This document shows positions 9,911 through 18,763 of a stretch of DNA of 64,000 nucleotides, one piece after another. The stretch is taken from NCBI GenBank assembly GCA_964616705.1, contig CAZTRP010000008.1:88799-152798 (forward strand), given 5' to 3'. A program made the translations under genes and the position numbers. The DNA is from an uncultured Pseudobdellovibrionaceae bacterium (GTDB lineage: Bacteria > Bdellovibrionota > FAC87 > UBA2466). Every line of letters starts with the position of its first letter. Position 1 is the stretch's first letter. Below the pieces are notes generated by a model. That model worked only from the letters and a program-made list of their open reading frames with translations. It made no database searches and was not told where the DNA came from.

Positions 9911-10686
9911 TTGCAAGTCTTACTGATTTGTTTTCTGGAGTGGGTTCTACTTTCCTTTTTGGTATTCAGGGTTTTGTCTCGTTTGCTCGTTACGGCGTCC
10001 AGTGGAAGCAAGTCATCGATCAGATGTATGCCGTTGGAGTGAGATCTCTTACCACCACCGTTACCACGGGACTTTTCGTTGGCGCTATTTTGGCGCTTCA
10101 GCTCGACCTACAGCTTAAGGATTTCGGCGCAGAAGCTTTTCTTGGTGGGCTCTCTGCCTCGGTTACAATTCGCAACGTTGGACCGGTTCTCATCGCTTTC
10201 ATTCTATCGGGTAAGGTAGGGGCCTATACGTCAGCTGAGTTGGGAACGATGCAGGTTACGGATCAGGTAAATGCCATTCGGTGTTTGGGCGCCGATCCTA
10301 TTCGTTACCTGGTTGTGCCTCGCTTGGTCGCCGTGGTTGTAACAAGTTTCTTTCTGCTGATTATCGGTTTGGTGACTGCTATTGCGGGTGGGGCGTGGAT
10401 AGCTTCAGCACAGCTCGGGGTGAATGCCACGAGTTACGTCCGAAATATCCCCGTCATCGTAACTTGGTGGAGCGTTGGAACGGGAGTGGTGAAGTCCTTG
10501 ATCTTCGGCTCGATTATTGCGGTGGTTGCGTGTTACCGCGGCTATAACGCCAAAGGTGGCGCGGCTGGCGTGGGTCAGACCGTTAAAGCAACGGCTGTTC
10601 AGACACTTGTTTCGATCATTGTTGCTGATTTTGCAATTTCCTCCGTTTCTTCGGCGCTTCTTGAGTTTTTTGGAGGTGGGCGGTGA
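9907..10686 (+). CDS. MlaE-family ABC permease, copy 1
   Basis: A multi-TM MlaE-like permease whose start overlaps the ATPase stop by 4 nt. Confidence 0.75.
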   Translation: MIASLTDLFSGVGSTFLFGIQGFVSFARYGVQWKQVIDQMYAVGVRSLTTTVTTGLFVGAILALQLDLQLKDFGAEAFLGGLSASVTIRNVGPVLIAFILSGKVGAYTSAELGTMQVTDQVNAIRCLGADPIRYLVVPRLVAVVVTSFFLLIIGLVTAIAGGAWIASAQLGVNATSYVRNIPVIVTWWSVGTGVVKSLIFGSIIAVVACYRGYNAKGGAAGVGQTVKATAVQTLVSIIVADFAISSVSSALLEFFGGGR

Positions 10687-11483
10687 CTTTGTTGGAGTCA
10701 AAAATCAACTGGGTTGGTGGGCAGGCTTTAGCTTTTGCGGAAGCGCCCAAGGGGTTTTTGATCTTTGTTTTTGACGCTTTTTCGACCTTGTTTAAACAAA
10801 TCATCCACCGACGTTTTCGTTTTCACGAGACAGTTTTGCAGGTTTTTAGCGTCGGGGTTCAGAGTTTGCCCGTAGTGGCGTTTTCCCTAGCATTTATTGC
10901 GCTGATGATGATTTTGGAATTTTCCTTTCACATGAAGCAGGTCCTTCACCAGGATACCTTGGTCCCAGCTTTTTCGACGTTATTGATGCTTCGTGAACTC
11001 GGGCCGGTGGTCACGTGTTTGCTCTTAACTTCTCGTGTTGGCGCAGGGATTGGCGCCGAAATTGGCACCATGAAAGTGACGGATCAGCTAGATGCTCTAA
11101 AACTTCTTTCAATCGATGCTATGGAGTTTCTGGTAGTCCCGCGGTGGGTTGCTTGTGTTCTTTCTAGTCTTTTTCTCACCACGATCTCAGTGGCTATTTC
11201 GATCGTGGCCGGGGCTTGGATAACGTCCATCAAGCTTGGGTACACGGTTTCGGAGTTCTTCAATACGATGTTCGCATTTGCCCATCTTCATGATGGCGCG
11301 GCGTGTCTTATTAAGGCAGCGGTATTCGGGACCATTCTTCCTCTTGTGGCTAGTTATCAGGGGTTTAAGTGCCAGCCTGGTAGTGAGGGAGTTGGAAACG
11401 CTGCGACATCGGCGGTGGTCCAGGGATCGATTGCTATCATCATTGCGGATTTCATTGTGACCTACCTTTTGTACGCGTTATAA
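10683..11483 (+). CDS. MlaE-family ABC permease, copy 2
   Basis: This second permease is paralogous to the upstream ORF (shared motifs ...GAEIGTMKVTDQ...LVVPR...) and overlaps it by 4 nt. Confidence 0.75.
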   Translation: MTLLESKINWVGGQALAFAEAPKGFLIFVFDAFSTLFKQIIHRRFRFHETVLQVFSVGVQSLPVVAFSLAFIALMMILEFSFHMKQVLHQDTLVPAFSTLLMLRELGPVVTCLLLTSRVGAGIGAEIGTMKVTDQLDALKLLSIDAMEFLVVPRWVACVLSSLFLTTISVAISIVAGAWITSIKLGYTVSEFFNTMFAFAHLHDGAACLIKAAVFGTILPLVASYQGFKCQPGSEGVGNAATSAVVQGSIAIIIADFIVTYLLYAL

Positions 11484-11532
11484 TAAAAGACAGAGCTTTC
11501 CTTCTTTTTTTTCGCTATTTTCCTGCACATAC

Positions 11533-12294
11533 ATGAATAAACTTAGCAAAGAATTTTGGGTGGGATGCCTTGTCGTCTTGGTGGTAGCGCTCATGCTCGT
11601 TTTTGGTTCGCTAATGGGCGCGCTTAACCCGTTCACCAGGGAGGCGAAGTTTGCCATCCTGTACGATTTTGCCGGTGGTGTTGAGGTGGGATCGGCTGTA
11701 AGGGTTGCCGGGGTTAAGGTGGGCAAAGTTGAGGCAATTGAGTTTCTTCCCCATATTCCAACAGCGGACAAGAAAGAACCGTCTCTTCGAGTGACCATCA
11801 GCGTTGCCAAACGTGCTCTGCCAGCAGTGCGACAGGACTCACGCTTTTACGTGAATATGGCCGGAATTATAGGCGAGCGTTACATTGAAATTTCTCCCGG
11901 TAGTGGCGCCCCGCTTGAAACCGGCGCTTCGGTACGCGGTGTAGATCCGCCGAGAATCGATCAGCTGCTTTCCCAAGGGTACAGTGTCTTCGGACGTATT
12001 CAGGAGTTCCTCGATGAAAAGGAAAAGACCATTTCTGAGTTCATCGATCAACTCAGCGTCTTACTGACCGATGCCAACGAGTTCCTTAAGGGCAAAGACA
12101 ATCGCAAAGCGTTCTTCAACTTGATCTCAAACTTGAATGCAATTTCCGAAGAATTGAAAGTGACACTCAAAGACGAAGAAAGCCGCCGTTTCTTTAAGCG
12201 TCTTGGCGAAATCGTCAAACGCGTCGATCAGGTCGATAAGGAAGCTCTCAAGAAATTCCTACAAGAGGAGGGTGTCCGTGCGCGTATTTTCTAA
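11533..12294 (+). CDS. MlaD-like MCE-domain protein
   Basis: An N-terminal TM segment is followed by an MCE domain (FAILYDFAGGVEVGSAVRVAGVKVGKV), then a helical C-terminus. Confidence 0.75.
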   Translation: MNKLSKEFWVGCLVVLVVALMLVFGSLMGALNPFTREAKFAILYDFAGGVEVGSAVRVAGVKVGKVEAIEFLPHIPTADKKEPSLRVTISVAKRALPAVRQDSRFYVNMAGIIGERYIEISPGSGAPLETGASVRGVDPPRIDQLLSQGYSVFGRIQEFLDEKEKTISEFIDQLSVLLTDANEFLKGKDNRKAFFNLISNLNAISEELKVTLKDEESRRFFKRLGEIVKRVDQVDKEALKKFLQEEGVRARIF

Positions 12295-12817
12295 ATTCGC
12301 TTTAGTTCTCCTGGTTGTGGCCTTTGCCTATTCACCATTGGCGCATTCTGCCGCAAACCTAGAAACCTTAAAGATGGCCAAGCGATTTGGAATCGGCGTC
12401 GGTGCAGGCGGCCCGTTGTCGGTCTTGGGAATTGAGGCCGACGTCAACGTTCAGGAAAATATTAGTCTTGGCTTGGGCTTTGGCACGGGTCTCGACTATT
12501 CGAGCTTTATGGTACGGGGACGTTATTTTCTGCTCGGAGAGTGGGTGAGTCCGTACTTGGGTTTTTCCTTCGCTCGGTGGTGGACGCAGGGAACTAATTC
12601 TTCAAGAGTAAGCCCCTCCATTCTAAGTACACATTTTCTTCCGGCGGGCTATGACTACTCGAAGGGATTTTCTATTTTCTTCTTTGCCCCAGCATTTGGT
12701 GTGCAGTTCATGCACCCTATGGGTTTTGCGGTGAGTTTGGAGCTGCAATACTGTTTCAAGCTGATTGATATGGCTAATGGGACCTACGGCGGCATAAGCG
12801 CTCACTGGTACTTCTAA
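12281..12817 (+). CDS. Small outer-membrane beta-barrel protein (OmpX/OmpW-like); the track ORF starts at 12203 but a GTG at about 12281 precedes the signal peptide
   Basis: Signal peptide VRVFSKFALVLLVVAFAYSPLAHSA, alternating hydrophobic beta-strand pattern and a C-terminal ...HWYF aromatic terminus, as is typical of OM barrels. Confidence 0.5.
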   Translation, partial: RVFSKFALVLLVVAFAYSPLAHSAANLETLKMAKRFGIGVGAGGPLSVLGIEADVNVQENISLGLGFGTGLDYSSFMVRGRYFLLGEWVSPYLGFSFARWWTQGTNSSRVSPSILSTHFLPAGYDYSKGFSIFFFAPAFGVQFMHPMGFAVSLELQYCFKLIDMANGTYGGISAHWYF

Positions 12818-12828
12818 GAAACATTTCT

Positions 12829-14799
12829 ATGATGAGAACTCCTGCGTGGCGGCGCTTTTTTTCTCAATTCCGCTCCGGCACCCGCTCTCTTAAAGCAACG
12901 CTCGCTTTGTACTTCCTTCCTCTGTCTGTTCTTCCGGCCCTTTTTCTAAGCTTTTATGCAACCCACGTTTTTGAAGAGAACACCAAAGAAATCGTTCGCC
13001 GCCGAGCCGAGACCGAACGCGATGCCTTCATTGCCGAATTGCAGCGATTTGAGAAAGATTTGCTCGACGGCATAAGAGCGCAAAAAGACAATCGGCATTT
13101 TATTTCTGCTGTGGCGAGTGGTCAGAAGAAACGCATCGAAACAGCTCTAGCTTCTTGGCCCGAAAACGCAATGAGCGTTCGGGTGTACTCAGGCAACGGA
13201 AAACTGCTGGCGGCTCGACTCGGCGCTTGGGATCATCAGGTGTCTTTTATCGCGGACTCAGAATTAGAAAGGGTAAAGCTGCGAGGAGAGACCCGCGATA
13301 GGTTTTTTAAAGGCGACGGACAGGGATTATCCACGGTAGTTCGAACCGTAGTCCGCGACTCACAGCGATTGTACGGCGTCATTGAGGGTCAAGTACAGAT
13401 TGGCCAAAAAGAGCTTTCGGATTTCAAGGCTCGGCGTGAAGTAGATACACTCCTATTGACCAAAGATCTTTCTGCTGGAGCAGCAAGCTTTTCACTGCCG
13501 ACCGAATTTGTTCAGAACTTCTCACGACTCCCCTTTAAGCTTGCTGGCGATAGCGTTGTGGTCAGTATTGGAAACTCTCGGTTTTCTACCTTTTTGTATG
13601 AATTGCCGGCCGCGTACTCGAAAAAGCAAAAATCTGGATATTTCGTTCTCTTTGTTTCTATGACGGCGGCCGATGCTGCTTCGGCAAAGCTCCGGGTGGC
13701 CCTTGTTTACCTTACGGCGTTTCTTGTTTTGTGCGTAACGCTACTCATTTTGGTGCTGTCGAACCGAATAGTCGAACCCATCGAGCTATTGGTAATGGGA
13801 ATGAAGCGCATAAAAACCGGAAAGAACGAGCAAATACCCACCATCGATTCGCCTTACGAAATTGAGTACCTCGTGCATTCGTTCAATGAAATGGCCGGAA
13901 ACGTGGCTCAAGCCCGCGAAGCTTTGGAGCTCAAGGTAGCAGAACTACGCAAAGCAAATAGTGAGATCAAGGAGGCTCAAAGTGTTTTGGTTCAATCGGC
14001 CAAGATGGTTTCTCTCGGCCAGTTGGTGGCTGGCGTAGCGCATGAGCTGAATAATCCGATTGGGTTTATATCAAGCAATATGCATCACCTGAGTGAGTAC
14101 GTGGAGAAAATCCGTACCATCGTGACTGCTTATCAGAAGTTTCGATCTGAACTTCCTCCGGAAGCCCAGTTGTCTTTGAAGACGCTAGAAGCGGAATCGG
14201 AGATAGACTTCATTCTGAAAGATATGCTCGATCTGACGAGGAGTTGCGTCGAGGGTGCAAACCGTACCAAGGAGATCGTCTTAGGCTTAAGAACGTTTTC
14301 CCGTATCGACGAGTCCAGTTTTAAGGCGGCAAATATTCACGAAGGTATTCGAAATACAGTTCGTCTGCTAGTCACCGAACTCAAGGACCGAGTACAAGTT
14401 CATGAAGAGTTTGGTGATTTACCCGAAGTAGAGTGCAATGCGTCGCAGTTGAATCAGGTTTTTATGAATTTAATCTCGAACGCCGCCCAAGCAATTGAGG
14501 GCAAGGGAGATATCTGGATCCGCACCCAGCGTCGAAATGAGCGCATAGTAATTGAAATTGAAGACAATGGTGCGGGGATGCCAGAGTCGGTGCGACAGAA
14601 AATTTTCGATCCATTTTTTACCACGAAAAAAGTAGGAAAAGGCACTGGCTTGGGTCTGTCTATTGCTTATGGCCTTGTCGAAAAGCACCACGGGAAAATT
14701 GAAGTGTTTAGCGAAGTAGGTAAGGGGACTCGTTTTGTAATCACACTGCCACTTCGTCAATCGCCGTTGACGCGCACTGAAGTAGCGGCTTCGCGCTAG
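12829..14799 (+). CDS. Sensor histidine kinase (two TM segments, HAMP, HisKA, HATPase_c)
   Basis: H-box [10 protein letters not shown]; N, G1 and G2 boxes ([20 protein letters not shown]). Confidence 0.85.
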   Translation: MMRTPAWRRFFSQFRSGTRSLKATLALYFLPLSVLPALFLSFYATHVFEENTKEIVRRRAETERDAFIAELQRFEKDLLDGIRAQKDNRHFISAVASGQKKRIETALASWPENAMSVRVYSGNGKLLAARLGAWDHQVSFIADSELERVKLRGETRDRFFKGDGQGLSTVVRTVVRDSQRLYGVIEGQVQIGQKELSDFKARREVDTLLLTKDLSAGAASFSLPTEFVQNFSRLPFKLAGDSVVVSIGNSRFSTFLYELPAAYSKKQKSGYFVLFVSMTAADAASAKLRVALVYLTAFLVLCVTLLILVLSNRIVEPIELLVMGMKRIKTGKNEQIPTIDSPYEIEYLVHSFNEMAGNVAQAREALELKVAELRKANSEIKEAQSVLVQSAKMVSLGQLVAGVAHELNNPIGFISSNMHHLSEYVEKIRTIVTAYQKFRSELPPEAQLSLKTLEAESEIDFILKDMLDLTRSCVEGANRTKEIVLGLRTFSRIDESSFKAANIHEGIRNTVRLLVTELKDRVQVHEEFGDLPEVECNASQLNQVFMNLISNAAQAIEGKGDIWIRTQRRNERIVIEIEDNGAGMPESVRQKIFDPFFTTKKVGKGTGLGLSIAYGLVEKHHGKIEVFSEVGKGTRFVITLPLRQSPLTRTEVAASR

Positions 14800-15982
14800 A
14801 AAGTCTCTCCGCAGCCTCTTGCACTGGAATGTTGGGATAGGCATGGTCTCGCAATAGGTGAATAAACCTCAGCGTCTTAAAGCCATCAAACCAAGTGTGC
14901 CAATGTCTCAATTTGTTTGCCACACCTTTGCGGGTTGTTTCTATTGTCGCAAATTCCGCTTCTGCCCCCATCTCCACGAGGACTCTCCGTACAGCGGTAG
15001 GTAAACTCGCTGTGACGTCGTTCCAAGTGGCGCCTTGACTCAGTTGGTTGATGGCCTTGAGCCAGAGTTTGAGGTCGAAAAACACTTCGGGGGCATAAAT
15101 CTTGTATTCCGTCCCTTGTTCTTTTAGTCGGGAAATTTTCTCAATCGACTGCCCCGTTCCAAAAGGAACACGCTGGGAACCGCGGCAGACTAGTCTGACC
15201 TGCCCACCGCCCTCCCAAACAAAGCCTATTTTCGCGATTTTGTGTAGAAAGTAAAAATCTTCGCCAGCCTCCCGCTTGGGGAAGCCACGCACCTGGGCGT
15301 AGGCCTCGGGAGTAAAGCTCAGGGTGCTACCAATAGTGGGAAAGGCAAACGGTGACCCGGCCATTTCTAGTCCCTGGCAGTAGTACTTAAGGAACGTGTC
15401 GTACAGGGAAAGTGCGTCGCCACGCTCGCCTTCAAGCTCATGGAAGAATGGATGGACCACGGCGGCCGGCGAAAGCGGTCCCAGGCCCCAGCGGTGTGTG
15501 TTGGATAGCGAAATATCAAAGTAGTTTGGGCTGACGCGTGCATCCCCATCGGTTGTGTGAATCCAAGCGCTTTCTACTAAGCCACTGTCTGTTAGCTGTG
15601 CCGCTAAATCTGCGCCAACTTTTCTAGCAAAACCCACTCCCGGAGTGGGGTTGTCCGCGGTTCGATCTAGTACTGCAACCGTGAGAAAGTTTCCGTGTTG
15701 GCTTATAGCGGGGAGTCTTTTTAGAACGGCCTCATTAGCCGCCTTATAGTGGGCGTTCGTACTTTCTTGGTGGTTTACCACTAAGATTACCAGCGTTTTT
15801 GCCTTCTGCGTGGCCGCTGCTTGGTCCAGGCTTGCAAACAATCCGTCCAGCAACTCGTCTTCGCCACTGCTTGGAACTACAACGGTTTCTTTAAAAGGAC
15901 CCCAACGGCAGATGGAGGCAAACTCCGGATTGGGTTCGGAGTATTTTTGCAGGTACCTGCCAATAAGATTCGAGGCGCTCAA
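14741..15982 (-). CDS. Divergent GT-A (GT2-like) glycosyltransferase
   Basis: The motif order VLDRTADNP ... GVGFARKVGADLA ... TDGD matches the GT2 order D-D, G-x-G-x-ARN and DxD. The start overlaps the upstream miaE-like stop by 4 nt. Confidence 0.4.
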   Translation of the reverse strand: MSASNLIGRYLQKYSEPNPEFASICRWGPFKETVVVPSSGEDELLDGLFASLDQAAATQKAKTLVILVVNHQESTNAHYKAANEAVLKRLPAISQHGNFLTVAVLDRTADNPTPGVGFARKVGADLAAQLTDSGLVESAWIHTTDGDARVSPNYFDISLSNTHRWGLGPLSPAAVVHPFFHELEGERGDALSLYDTFLKYYCQGLEMAGSPFAFPTIGSTLSFTPEAYAQVRGFPKREAGEDFYFLHKIAKIGFVWEGGGQVRLVCRGSQRVPFGTGQSIEKISRLKEQGTEYKIYAPEVFFDLKLWLKAINQLSQGATWNDVTASLPTAVRRVLVEMGAEAEFATIETTRKGVANKLRHWHTWFDGFKTLRFIHLLRDHAYPNIPVQEAAERLSSAKPLLQCASTAIDEVAV

Positions 15983-16554
15983 TGGAGTGCATGCCGATAA
16001 GGCACCGAAGATATCGCTTTGGCCTCAGCCTCACGAAGTACCTGCCAGCGTTCCGATACCACTGCTTCGGGGAAGAACGTTTTTGCCAAATCCAGAAATA
16101 AAGTCTGGTGATGGCCTTCTGCCCTGGCAATTCGGCTATAGAATTGCCTTAATTTTTCGTCAGTCAGGGCGTCGGCGATCAGGTGCAGTCGTTCGCAGCC
16201 TCTTGACTCGATAAGTGAGGAAACAAGAAGGCGATCTAAAAAACGCTCGTCTCGCCCAAAACGAACTTCCTTCATGAGAAGGTTTACGTAGGGGTCCTCT
16301 TCATCTCGTTCCAGAACCAGGCCGCGCTCGGCCACAAGTCGGTAGACCTGATGAAAGTGCTCGAGCTCTTCCCGGGCAAACTGAATCATCGGATTGAGTA
16401 AGGCGTTTCCTCTGTCAGGGTAACGTACGACAAACGACATGCCCACGGCTGAGGCTTTTCGTTCACATGACGCATGGTCCACAAGGAAGTGGTTGAAATC
16501 CTTCAGCGCAAAGGCAGCCCATTCGGGCGGGGTAGTGTAAAGAAGTGGTTCCAC
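15979..16554 (-). CDS. miaE: MiaE-family ferritin-like diiron hydroxylase (tRNA ms2io6A hydroxylase family)
   Basis: Matches to Salmonella MiaE blocks: LVDHASCERKA, REELEHFHQV, IESRGCERL and RAEGHHQ. Confidence 0.65.
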   Translation of the reverse strand: MEPLLYTTPPEWAAFALKDFNHFLVDHASCERKASAVGMSFVVRYPDRGNALLNPMIQFAREELEHFHQVYRLVAERGLVLERDEEDPYVNLLMKEVRFGRDERFLDRLLVSSLIESRGCERLHLIADALTDEKLRQFYSRIARAEGHHQTLFLDLAKTFFPEAVVSERWQVLREAEAKAISSVPYRHALH

Positions 16555-16633
16555 GGACCGTAACTAAGGCTAAGAGCCACCGCTCAGTCAAGGGTTTTGG
16601 GTTGGAACCAGTTCGATGTTAGATTGACAGAAG

Positions 16634-17737
16634 TTGCCCAGAACCAAAGAATATAATCCACACAATCAGCCCAAAAGGTGCGACCCATCGATGGAGTCCT
16701 GCAGCAAAAGCTTCCCGCTTGTCTCAGTGATTATTCCTATCCGCGAGCCGGGTCAAACCCCAATCAGTTTGGATTCCCTAGCTCAGAGCTCCTACCCTGC
16801 AGATAAGCTGGAAGTGCTAGTTGTGTCTGGAGCAAATCCCTCGGCCCAACGCAATTTTGCAGCGCAATCTGCGCAAGGCGATATTCTCTATTTTATCGAT
16901 GATGATTCAGTTTTAGACCGTCGTGCGATTGAAACACTTGTCAGTGCATTTGAAGACCACCCTGAGGTAAGCGGCATTGGCGGGCCTTCGGTTGGGTATC
17001 ACTCGAAGAGCACTTTTCGCAAATGTGTCGGGATGGCGATGGCATCGGTATTAGGATTTGGACCCCTGCGCTATCGCTATTATCCCTCTGGTTGTCCCCG
17101 CATCGCCGGCGAAGAAAAACTCATTCTAGCGAACTTTGGCATCAGGAATCACGTCTGGCGTGCCGAAGCGGGTTTTGACCTTCGTCTGTACCCAAACGAA
17201 GAAAATGAGTTCATTCGCCGACTAGAACTTAAGAAATACAAGTTCTTGTATCATCCCGGAGTTATCGTCTATCGAGAGCCAAGACAGAACCTCTTAGATC
17301 TCGCGCAGCAGGCGTTCCGCTACGGTGCGGGTCGCGTAAAACACCTGCGTCTGCGGTCGCATCCAATAAATGCGATGATGCTTGGTCCTGTACTGTTGTT
17401 CATTTACAGCGCACTGATCGTAGTTGCGGAGCTTCTGGGGCTGCAGGACGAGGTGTTTCGGCAATGGCTATTTTTTGCCAAGATCCCCTTGCTGTTTTAC
17501 ATAGCAATCACGTGTTTAGCTTCCGTCTGTGCAGCTGTCTCATTTCCCACGCAGCAATTAAAAGCGTTCCTCTGGTGTTTTTGCATATTTCCGACCTTAC
17601 ATCTTGGATACGGATCTGGAATGGCGTGGGGCGTGCTCTTTGGTCGAGCAGACATTAAGGGTGAGCTCAATTCAATCAGGTGCCGACGAATGCGCCGCGC
17701 GGGTCGACCACCCTCGCTTCTTTTTTCTGAGTGCTAA
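16634..17737 (+). CDS. GT2 glycosyltransferase with C-terminal TM helices (GtrB/ArnC/DPM1-like polyprenyl-phosphate sugar transferase architecture)
   Basis: SVIIPIREPG ... FIDDDS ... C-terminal hydrophobic segments. The likely true start is the ATG at 16691 (MESCSKS). Confidence 0.7.
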   Translation: MPRTKEYNPHNQPKRCDPSMESCSKSFPLVSVIIPIREPGQTPISLDSLAQSSYPADKLEVLVVSGANPSAQRNFAAQSAQGDILYFIDDDSVLDRRAIETLVSAFEDHPEVSGIGGPSVGYHSKSTFRKCVGMAMASVLGFGPLRYRYYPSGCPRIAGEEKLILANFGIRNHVWRAEAGFDLRLYPNEENEFIRRLELKKYKFLYHPGVIVYREPRQNLLDLAQQAFRYGAGRVKHLRLRSHPINAMMLGPVLLFIYSALIVVAELLGLQDEVFRQWLFFAKIPLLFYIAITCLASVCAAVSFPTQQLKAFLWCFCIFPTLHLGYGSGMAWGVLFGRADIKGELNSIRCRRMRRAGRPPSLLFSEC

Positions 17738-17740
17738 CCT

Positions 17741-18763
17741 ATGACGAGCTGGTTCGATTTTTACGGAATTGGAGTCGAATTAAATTCCACAGATCCTATG
17801 ATTTCTGAATGGATTGGACGCGATTTTAAGTATTTCTCCCGTAAATCACGCCCGCTAGTAAAAAAGTTAATATCGATAGACTGCCAGCACCGAGCGTTCC
17901 CGTTTGAGCGCCGCCCCTACCTAAAATCAAAGTCGATAGGGCCTCGGTGTACCACTTACAAGGACGCAAAGTTCACTTGGGTTGATTACTATAGTGGTCA
18001 GTGCATGGTCAGATGGAATTTTAGCGAAGAAAGCGGTGAGATTTGGAGCGCCGATGCCCACCTGCTTTATGAGGTGTGCTACCTGCTCATACTTTCGCGC
18101 ACTGGTGAATGGCTCGACTACCAAGGGATACATCGCCTACACGCCTCGGCGGTGGCCACAAATGGGCGAGCAACGCTAGTTGTAATGCCTTCAGGTGGGG
18201 GAAAGTCTACCCTCGCAATGGGGCTGATGTCCGAACCCAGTATTGAGTTCATGTCCGACGATATGCCGTTGGTTCAAAGCGACGGTGAAGTTCTGGCGTT
18301 TCCATCAAGACTGGGTTTGCTTGCATTGCCGACCGAAATGCAAAATCCAAAGTACGCGCGGCAGGTTCATCGACGAGAACACGGCTCCAAGTGGTTGGTG
18401 GATGCCGATATCTACAATGATCGAATCGCTGGCAGAGCCCATGTTCGGACTCTGATATTTGGCTCCAGAAAATTGAACGGAGCACCGAATATTTATCGTG
18501 CTTCACGAATAAAAGCCTTTAAAATGTTGATAGCTTCCCTTGTTGTTGGAGTCGGTATTCCTCAGTTAGTGGAGTATTTTTTGCGTCTCGACTGGCGTGA
18601 TAACCTCACTAAAGTTCCCTTGGTGTTTTCACGGCTAAAGTGCGCTTTTTTACTCTCAATTAGGGCGCAGGCATTTGAATTTGAATTGGGCGTTGATCCA
18701 AAGGAAAATGTAGCTGCTTTAAAACAGTTTTTGCGAGACAGAGATATGTCTGATGCCAAATAA
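17741..18763 (+). CDS. HprK C-terminal-domain-like P-loop protein (putative kinase)
   Basis: LVVMPSGGGKSTLAMGL followed by SDDMPLV resembles the HPr kinase/PEPCK-type P-loop. Confidence 0.35.
   Translation: MTSWFDFYGIGVELNSTDPMISEWIGRDFKYFSRKSRPLVKKLISIDCQHRAFPFERRPYLKSKSIGPRCTTYKDAKFTWVDYYSGQCMVRWNFSEESGEIWSADAHLLYEVCYLLILSRTGEWLDYQGIHRLHASAVATNGRATLVVMPSGGGKSTLAMGLMSEPSIEFMSDDMPLVQSDGEVLAFPSRLGLLALPTEMQNPKYARQVHRREHGSKWLVDADIYNDRIAGRAHVRTLIFGSRKLNGAPNIYRASRIKAFKMLIASLVVGVGIPQLVEYFLRLDWRDNLTKVPLVFSRLKCAFLLSIRAQAFEFELGVDPKENVAALKQFLRDRDMSDAK

Noticed and set aside
16005-16012. GCCGATAA, which matches the sigma-28 -10 element
   Set aside because: There is no TAAA -35 element at 14-15 nt spacing. 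The site lies inside coding sequence of minus-strand genes, so it is probably chance.
16624-16657. TTGACA and TATAAT hexamers upstream of the GT2 gene
   Set aside because: Both hexamers are perfect, but the spacer is 22 nt, which is too long for a sigma-70 promoter. The -10 could still work with a different -35, but I cannot assert a promoter.
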